This document shows, one piece after another, positions 6,993 to 13,070 of a DNA stretch of 13,070 nucleotides (the stretch's first letter is position 1; every line of letters begins with the position of its first letter). The notes under the pieces are model-generated. The model saw only the letters and a program-made list of their open reading frames with translations. It was not told where the DNA came from and ran no database searches. Location: NCBI GenBank assembly GCA_051747585.1, contig JBNJGH010000094.1, positions 1 to 13,070 of the forward strand. Direction: 5' to 3'. Source of the DNA: Candidatus Rifleibacteriota bacterium. GTDB taxonomy: Bacteria > Muiribacteriota > Ozemobacteria > Ozemobacterales > Ozemobacteraceae. Made by a program: the position numbers and the translations under genes.

Positions 6993-8401
6993 TGGAACAT
7001 CCAGGCAAAACTGTAGGAATGAAAAAGCGGGTTTTATCGCAGATAAAGAACCGCGAAATTGGTATAGCTTTAAAGCTATATTATAAATATTTTTCTCAGG
7101 AAAATCCTCCTGATTCCATATTTGTCAAAAAGCTTTATACCGAATTAAATAAACTGAATAAATTCGAGCTCTGCTTTCGTATTACGCAGGAAGCCTCCAG
7201 TTGGCTGCCAGACGAAAAAGAACTTGTCGATTTAAAGAAACAGGCTTTAAAAATTTATTTCAATCATCTTCAGGCTGAAGGGAATAGATTATTAGGCGAG
7301 CGTGAAGAAAAAGCCGGCAAATTTTATGAAGATATAAAAAAAGCAGATTCACTAACCAAGGAAAAAATTAGAGAAGAAAATGAAAAAATTCTTCATAAAC
7401 TTATCCTTAAAGCCCTTGAAAACTTCCAAAAAGCCTATGATTTGAACAATGACAGCCTTGGGGCCATCAACGGTCTTTTTCGTTGCTACAAGATTCTTGG
7501 CGACGAAAAAAACATAAGCAAATTTCAAACCATTCTTGAAGAAAAAGATCCTCACCTTCATGGAAAACAAAAGCAGGAAGAAGCCGAAAAGAATACTCTT
7601 AGCGATCAGGAATTTGATATTGAAGAATTTAATATCAAAGAAGTCCTAAGTTTATATGATAAAAACCTCTACTATGATGTAATAGAGAAGGTTGACTTTC
7701 TTCATCTCACTCATAAGCTATGCGTTCCCTTGCTGTTGCTCAAAGCTGAATCTCTTGTTGCTTTAAAGCGTTTCAAAGAAGCAGATAAGGTTTTATTTGA
7801 AGCCGAAAAACAAAACACTCACTCAAAAGATGTAAGAGATCTCAAGAATAATATTACCGAGCTTAAGTATAATCTTTTAAGTAAAGCAGGCGAAATTTAT
7901 TTAAAAAAAGCCTTAGAGCTTGGTCCCAGTCTCGGCAAATCACATTTTCGCAAGGCAAGGGCCTGCTTAAAAAGAGCCCTTGCCATATTTCCCGATAACC
8001 TTGATCTTCTCGACCAGCAATATACGGTATTAAAATATTTAAAAGAAGACGAGCAAGCCTTTAAAACCAAAGCATTGATTTATGTTCTCAATGAGAAGTA
8101 TATACCGACCTTTGACAAGGCCGGCTCTCGTTCTCTGTGTTTTCTTGCTTCTTTTGCCTATGCCCGACAACCGGAAAAACTCAATTATTTCAGGTGGTTC
8201 CGAAGAGAAATATTATTGCAATCAGAGGTTGGAAAGTGTTTAAATGGTAAATATGTTAAGTACAGTCCGGGAATTCTGGATAAAGCCAGAAACATTAATT
8301 TGTCGCCTCGACTTTTCAGAATTTTACTTTTCCCTGTTTTGATCTTGATCAAAATTTGTCAAATAATTTTAAAAACACAGCAAAGAGTAAATAAATTATG
8401 A
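6989..8401 (+). CDS. TPR-repeat protein with C-terminal CFI-box-CTERM-like domain
   Basis: TPR-like helices (ALENFQKAYDLNNDS, ARACLKRALAIFPDN). C-terminus CFLASFAY...FRWFRREILLQSEVGKCLNGKYVKYSP...LFRILLFPVL follows the CFIATAAY..LRxFRD..L...G...Y..SP..R..L.P pattern. Confidence 0.8.
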   Translation: MMEHPGKTVGMKKRVLSQIKNREIGIALKLYYKYFSQENPPDSIFVKKLYTELNKLNKFELCFRITQEASSWLPDEKELVDLKKQALKIYFNHLQAEGNRLLGEREEKAGKFYEDIKKADSLTKEKIREENEKILHKLILKALENFQKAYDLNNDSLGAINGLFRCYKILGDEKNISKFQTILEEKDPHLHGKQKQEEAEKNTLSDQEFDIEEFNIKEVLSLYDKNLYYDVIEKVDFLHLTHKLCVPLLLLKAESLVALKRFKEADKVLFEAEKQNTHSKDVRDLKNNITELKYNLLSKAGEIYLKKALELGPSLGKSHFRKARACLKRALAIFPDNLDLLDQQYTVLKYLKEDEQAFKTKALIYVLNEKYIPTFDKAGSRSLCFLASFAYARQPEKLNYFRWFRREILLQSEVGKCLNGKYVKYSPGILDKARNINLSPRLFRILLFPVLILIKICQIILKTQQRVNKL

Positions 8402-9630
8402 GAATAAAGTCATTTAATATTTTACTTATACTCATTTTCGCTTTGATTTCACTTCAGGCGTTTTCTGCAGAAATTGATGACACATCAATACGAGCAGGAA
8501 TCTTAACTGAGGAATTTTATACCACTTTGAGGGCGCAGAGTTTCAGCGGAAATTGGAATGCACATTGCTATGCAAAAGTGGCCTCAGATTCTTCCCAACC
8601 TGCTTCTATTACTACTATCCTGGTAGCAGAAGGGGAAGATCTTGCCGTTAGTCTTACACCAAAAGGATTAATCTGCGATCTCTCAACCGGCAAAGAATAC
8701 CATCAAGGTTTTGAAAAAATCATTTTCAAGGGCGGCGAACTTCTTAACCTTGACATACCCGAAAACCGGCCAATTTTAATTCAGGGAAATCTGGAAGTTC
8801 ATATCGATGAAACTTCTCTAATCATTGTCAATGATATCAATATTCATCAGTTTCTGGTTTCAACTGTATCCATGTTTGGAATCAGTAGTGAGATAGAAGC
8901 CCTTAAAGCTATGATAGTGATGGCCAGAACCAGACTAAAATATTTAAAAGAAAATTCTCGCCATAAGGAAACTGTTTACGAGGTTTGTGATAAAACACAC
9001 TGCCTGCCCTTTCGAGGCGCGGGGCAAAACCGTGAACTGGTTGCAATTTTAGTCAACAAAACCCGCAATGAGATTATTAATTACAACAACAAAATTATTT
9101 TTCCCCGTTATCATCATACCTGTGGTGGTAAAATATCGTCTGCAAAAAGTATTTTTAAAACTAATGACGAACCTTATCACGCTCAGATGGAAGACAGAAT
9201 AGATAATGAAGGTTCGGAGAACTGCTTCCACAGTCCCTCATTTCATTGGGCTATTGACCTATCCAAGCTTGAAATTCTTGAATTTATTGCTATTAGTTGG
9301 GCCGGCGGTGCTTCCAGGATTTTTACCGGGTGGGAACCCAAACAAATCGATTCTAATGGCAGAATAGTTTCTGCTCTTTTACGCGGAAGAATTCCAAAAG
9401 AAGTAAATGGAGTAGAATTTTTCCGCAAAACTAAGGAATATTTTGGCCGAAACAGCCTTAAAAGCATGAGATTTTCTATGGAAGTTTTGCGTCGCAGCGT
9501 AATTTTTAGAGGCATGGGCAAGGGCCTTGGCGTTGGAATGTGTCTATATGGTGCCGACGGTCTTGCCAAAAAAGGCTGGAAATACAAAGATATTATAAAG
9601 TTTTATTATAAGGGAATTACCATAAAATAA
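8398..9630 (+). CDS. SpoIID/LytB domain protein, secreted; catalytic residues appear degenerate
   Basis: Signal peptide (MRIKSFNILLILIFALISLQAFSA); EALKA...ART, VCDKTHC, YHHTCGG, GxGVGMC.YGA, YKDIIKFYY; ATGA overlap with the upstream gene. Confidence 0.88.
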   Translation: MRIKSFNILLILIFALISLQAFSAEIDDTSIRAGILTEEFYTTLRAQSFSGNWNAHCYAKVASDSSQPASITTILVAEGEDLAVSLTPKGLICDLSTGKEYHQGFEKIIFKGGELLNLDIPENRPILIQGNLEVHIDETSLIIVNDINIHQFLVSTVSMFGISSEIEALKAMIVMARTRLKYLKENSRHKETVYEVCDKTHCLPFRGAGQNRELVAILVNKTRNEIINYNNKIIFPRYHHTCGGKISSAKSIFKTNDEPYHAQMEDRIDNEGSENCFHSPSFHWAIDLSKLEILEFIAISWAGGASRIFTGWEPKQIDSNGRIVSALLRGRIPKEVNGVEFFRKTKEYFGRNSLKSMRFSMEVLRRSVIFRGMGKGLGVGMCLYGADGLAKKGWKYKDIIKFYYKGITIK

Positions 9631-9661
9631 ACTTATTGGTTTTCAGACCACAGGTACAGAT

Positions 9662-9736
9662 TTAAATATCTGCCGAAATCTCAAATGATAAAAAAATAGT
9701 CAGAACAGTGGCCAGAAATAACGTCATTATACTCAT
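9662..9736 (-). CDS. 24-aa hydrophobic peptide
   Basis: SD GGAG (9748-9745) 8 nt before ATG 9736; MSIMTLFLATVLTIFLSFEISADI; near-consensus promoter directly upstream. Confidence 0.5.
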   Translation of the reverse strand: MSIMTLFLATVLTIFLSFEISADI

Positions 9737-9750
9737 AAACGCTTCTCCAG

Positions 9751-9796
9751 ATTATATTAATTTTAATCTTAATCGGCAATATTAGATTTTTTTTTA
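9751..9796 (-). promoter_or_regulatory. Overlapping sigma28-like and sigma70-like promoters, divergent from the helicase gene
   Basis: TAAA (9796-9793)-N15-GCCGATTA (9777-9770), and TTGCCG (9779-9774)-N17-TATAAT (9756-9751) with an upstream A9 tract. Confidence 0.65.
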
Positions 9797-9842
9797 CCTT
9801 TATTGCGCACTTTGTTTCTATTGCCAAACTGAATTTAACAGC

Positions 9843-9871
9843 TTGCCTGCAGTTTTTAAAACTGATAGCCT
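9843..9871 (+). promoter_or_regulatory. Putative sigma70 promoter of the helicase with a palindrome in the spacer
   Basis: TTGCCT (9843-9848)-N17-TAGCCT (9866-9871), extended -10 TG at 9863-9864; CAGTTTT-T-AAAACTG at 9850-9864. Confidence 0.5.
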
Positions 9872-9903
9872 TTGTACTTAATCCAGCCGGGAAAACAGAG
9901 TAG

Positions 9904-11880
9904 ATGACAAAAGTTTTTAATTTAAGCAAGCATATAGATAATAAACCGGTCAATTTTAAAATTGACTACGAAAATCTTTTAAATTCACAGCAATTTGAGG
10001 CCGTTAAAAGCTTCAATGGCCCGGTTTTATGTATTGCCGGCGCTGGGACCGGCAAAACTCGAACTTTGATTTTTCGGGTTGCTCGAATGATAGAATCTGG
10101 CATTTCTCCTGAAAGTATTTTGCTTTTAACCTTTACCCGCAAAGCAGCTCGCAACATGCTTAACCGCGTATCACAGCTCATCGGAGAAGATGGAAAAAAG
10201 GTATCAGGCGGAACATATCATTCTTTTGCTGCAATGACCCTGAGAAAATTTGGCCATTTGCTGCAAATACCGCCAAATTTCTCAATTATAGACGATTCAG
10301 ACTGCGGAGATATAATAAATTTAATTAGAGCAGAACTTGGCTTTAACAAAAAAGAGACAAGGTTTCCGACCAAGAAAACCATTCTTGCAATTTATTCGAA
10401 ATCTATAAATCTTGAAATGCCCGTTAATGAAATAATCGAAGAATTTTTCTCCCATTTTGAAGAGCATACAGCAGATATCAAGAAGGTAATTGAACTTTTT
10501 ACAAACTATAAAAGAACAAACTTTTTACTCGATTACGATGATTTATTGATTTTTCTTCTAAAACTTCTTAAAGAGTCTGAGACGGCCAGAAAAAAAATAA
10601 ACCAACGCTACCGATATATAATGGCCGATGAATACCAGGATACCAACGGACTTCAAGCAAAAATTACCAACCTGCTTGCAGGCGAGAAACACAATGTAAT
10701 GGTAGTCGGAGATGATTCGCAAAGCATTTATTCTTTCAGAGGTGCCAAAATAGAAAATATTTTGCAATTTCCTGATCTTTTTTCTGAATGTAAGACCATA
10801 AGGCTTGAGCAGAACTATCGAAGCACTCCTGAGATTTTAAATGCCGCCAATAAACTAATGACCAATGCTCACGAAGGTTTTGCCAAAACGCTTTTTACCA
10901 ATGGCGAAAAAGGAGAAAAGCCGGCTGTGGTGAGTTGCGAAGATGACCAGGAACAGGCACTTTTTGTTGCCGCTAGAATTCTTGAGCTTCGCGAGCAAGG
11001 CATATCTCTCAATAATATGGCAGTGCTCTTCAGGTCTGGTTATCATGCTTATCAGCTTGAACTTGAGTTGAAAAGAAGAAACATACCCTATGTAAAATGG
11101 GGAGGCTACAAGTTTCTAGAATCAAGCCATTTAAAAGATATAATTGCTCATTTAAGAATATTACAAAATCCAGCCGATCAGGTTTCCTGGCTGCGGGTGC
11201 TACTTCTTATCGAAGGAATTGGAACCGGAACCGCCTCTAAGATTTATAAACAGATAAAAGAAAATAAAAAACATTTTGAATTAGCAAATATAAAGGTTAG
11301 ATCCAAAGCAGAAGAAGGTTTGAAAAAGCTGGAATTTACCCTTACTAAAGCAAGTAAGGTCTCTGCCTTTAAACCCGGACGTTTACTTGAAATCTTTTCT
11401 GAATATTATTTTCCAATTTTGAAAAAAAAGTTTGACGATTATCCCAGAAGGCTCAAAGATATCGATGCTCTTTCAATTTTATGCCGAAAATTTGAATCTT
11501 TAAGTGACTTTCTTGCAGAGCTGGCTCTCGAGCCGCCCAAAGATTCAAACGAAAATTCTCTTCAGGTAGATAATGACGACGAGCAACTTGTCTTGTCGAC
11601 TATTCATTCTGCCAAAGGCCTTGAATGGCATTCTGTGTTTATTATCCATGCTCTTGAAGGAAAATTCCCATCTTTCAACGCCTTTAAAGAGCCGGAACAA
11701 CTGGAAGAAGAACGCCGCCTGATGTATGTTGCCATGACACGAGCCGAAGAGAATCTCGCAATAAGCTACCCAACAACAATGTGGGACCCGGTAAGCGGCG
11801 GAATGCTGACCAAACCCAGTCGATTTATCGAAGAAACCGATCCCAAAAATCTTGAGGTCTGGCAACTCACAAGAGGTTGA
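9904..11880 (+). CDS. UvrD/PcrA/Rep-family superfamily 1A DNA helicase
   Basis: Motifs I AGAGTGKT, Ia TFTRKAA, II DEYQD, III GDDSQSIYSFRGA, IV NYRS, V TIHSAKGLEW, VI EEERRLMYVAMTRA. Ends shortly after PSRFI. Confidence 0.96.
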   Translation: MTKVFNLSKHIDNKPVNFKIDYENLLNSQQFEAVKSFNGPVLCIAGAGTGKTRTLIFRVARMIESGISPESILLLTFTRKAARNMLNRVSQLIGEDGKKVSGGTYHSFAAMTLRKFGHLLQIPPNFSIIDDSDCGDIINLIRAELGFNKKETRFPTKKTILAIYSKSINLEMPVNEIIEEFFSHFEEHTADIKKVIELFTNYKRTNFLLDYDDLLIFLLKLLKESETARKKINQRYRYIMADEYQDTNGLQAKITNLLAGEKHNVMVVGDDSQSIYSFRGAKIENILQFPDLFSECKTIRLEQNYRSTPEILNAANKLMTNAHEGFAKTLFTNGEKGEKPAVVSCEDDQEQALFVAARILELREQGISLNNMAVLFRSGYHAYQLELELKRRNIPYVKWGGYKFLESSHLKDIIAHLRILQNPADQVSWLRVLLLIEGIGTGTASKIYKQIKENKKHFELANIKVRSKAEEGLKKLEFTLTKASKVSAFKPGRLLEIFSEYYFPILKKKFDDYPRRLKDIDALSILCRKFESLSDFLAELALEPPKDSNENSLQVDNDDEQLVLSTIHSAKGLEWHSVFIIHALEGKFPSFNAFKEPEQLEEERRLMYVAMTRAEENLAISYPTTMWDPVSGGMLTKPSRFIEETDPKNLEVWQLTRG

Positions 11881-11904
11881 CACCTTCTTGTTTTCTCTGA
11901 TAAG

Positions 11905-11933
11905 TTGCTTTGGCAGAGAAACTGCCAAGGCAA
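11905..11933. other. Intergenic 12-bp stem-loop
   Basis: TTGCTTTGGCAG-agaaa-CTGCCAAGGCAA (one G-U pair); no U-tract on the + strand; ends 4 nt before the AGGAG SD. Confidence 0.65.
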
Positions 11934-11949
11934 ATTCAGGAGTTTAAAC

Positions 11950-13070
11950 TTGATTCGAAATTTAGCTATTATAGCCCTGCTGATGACAAGTCTGCTGGCA
12001 GGTCTCATTATTAACGATTATTACAGTATACCCGCCAGAAGTCTGGTTATTTTTTATACCTCTAATTTGAGAGGGCAAATAAAACCTTTTAGTGGCACTG
12101 TGCTTGACCGTCATTATGAAAAAGCCGGAGGACTGGCTTTTATAAAGGGTTTTATTGAAAATTCTGCAGAAGTTTTCAATTACAATCCGGCCCATACTTT
12201 GCTGCTGGACACCGGTGACGCCCTTTTTGGTACCGCCCAGGCATCTTTAACTATGGGCGAGGTTCCTCTTAGATTAATGAGCCTTGCCGGTTACGATGCA
12301 ATGGCAATTGGTAACATGGAATTCGAATACGGGCTCGGCCAACTTAAAAGCTTTATTATGAGCCGACAGATTCCTATGCTGGCAAGTAATTACCACGATT
12401 TAAGTTCTCCGGTAGGCAACACTTTTGTGCCCGGCAAAATCATTGAAAAAGGCGGAATCAAAGTTGGAATAGTTGGCCTGGGTCATGGTGACCTGGCAAG
12501 AAACACAAGACCTGAAAATATTATCGACATTGAAATTTCTGACCTGCAGGCTTCGGTCCAGGAGACTGCCACCAAACTTAAAGCAAAAGGCGCAGAAATT
12601 CTAATTTTATTATCGCACCACCCCGAATTAAACTCTTTGGAAAACCCGGACAACCTTTTTCCAGATATAGATATTATAATTGGTGACTTAATTGGTCCGG
12701 GTAATGCCTATGCTGCTCGTCCTCTTATTTGTCAGACGGCCCCAAACCGAGGCGGAGGTCTGGGAATGGTTAAGGTTTCTTTTGTTGGCGGCAAATGGGA
12801 TCTTGCCCGAAGCGTAAAAAGAATTTTTCCGATTAACGCTCATAAAATTCAGCCCGACCAGGAGCTTGCAGCAGAAATAAGCAGGGTAGAAGCAAAAATT
12901 GATACTTTGCTGGAAGAACAGATAACAATCAGCAATGGCCGTTTTAATCGCTCATACAACGAAGAATCAGCGGTGGGCAATCTGATAGCGGACTCTATGA
13001 AAAAAGTAGGAAAAACCCAAATTGCCTTACAAAATTCAGGCGGAATAAAGGGCGAAATCCACGAAGGCCC
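11950..13070 (+). CDS. 5'-nucleotidase/UshA-like metallophosphoesterase-fold protein, degenerate active site; 3' end beyond window
   Basis: SD AGGAG (11938-11942) then TTG 11950; frame open to the end (373 codons). N-terminal hydrophobic helix (MIRNLAIIALLMTSLLAGLII); GGLA, LLLDTGD, GYDAMAIGNMEF, KVGIVGL, LLSH, EESAVGNLIADSM, NSGGIK. Confidence 0.88.
   Translation, partial: MIRNLAIIALLMTSLLAGLIINDYYSIPARSLVIFYTSNLRGQIKPFSGTVLDRHYEKAGGLAFIKGFIENSAEVFNYNPAHTLLLDTGDALFGTAQASLTMGEVPLRLMSLAGYDAMAIGNMEFEYGLGQLKSFIMSRQIPMLASNYHDLSSPVGNTFVPGKIIEKGGIKVGIVGLGHGDLARNTRPENIIDIEISDLQASVQETATKLKAKGAEILILLSHHPELNSLENPDNLFPDIDIIIGDLIGPGNAYAARPLICQTAPNRGGGLGMVKVSFVGGKWDLARSVKRIFPINAHKIQPDQELAAEISRVEAKIDTLLEEQITISNGRFNRSYNEESAVGNLIADSMKKVGKTQIALQNSGGIKGEIHEG

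Noticed and set aside
7352..9587. Minus-strand ORFs 7352-7570, 9049-9231 and 9243-9587
   Set aside because: Shadows of the TPR and SpoIID-like genes.
9681..9953. 90-aa minus-strand ORF
   Set aside because: Overlaps the helicase start, crosses both promoter regions and has no SD; the 24-aa ORF in another frame has better signals.
9904..11880. Helicase as part of a defence system (e.g. Gabija GajB) or unusual for lacking a C-terminal Tudor-like tail
   Set aside because: No OLD/TOPRIM nuclease neighbour; full-length canonical SF1A motifs; tail-less UvrD paralogues are common.
9966..12195. Short minus-strand ORFs opposite the helicase and nucleotidase genes
   Set aside because: Antisense shadows without motifs or SDs.
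1..13070. CRISPR arrays, tRNA/rRNA, IS elements, tandem repeats, alternative genetic code
   Set aside because: None seen by eye. TGA, TAA and TAG all end recognisable proteins at expected positions.

Overview
AT-rich bacterial chromosomal window (standard code). I found no tRNA, rRNA, CRISPR array or mobile element. Gene order: a >908-aa O-antigen-ligase (Wzy_C)/TPR membrane protein (minus, runs off the left edge, absent from the ORF track); the rplU-prp-rpmA operon ending in a bidirectional terminator; an isolated neuC-family gene and an isolated dihydropyrimidinase (both minus); a TPR protein with a C-terminal CFI-box-like domain coupled to a SpoIID/LytB protein; a UvrD/PcrA helicase; and a 5'-nucleotidase-fold protein (runs off the right edge, absent from the track). 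Points of interest: (1) the Prp protease is intact but L27 has no cleavable N-terminal extension, while an 8-codon uORF elsewhere (MLSFDLQL) resembles that extension; (2) three unannotated small proteins (47, 55 and 24 aa) each have an SD and a sigma28-like promoter; (3) the SpoIID-like and UshA-like proteins both appear to have lost catalytic residues despite intact frames. All family calls come from motif recognition by eye, not from database searches.
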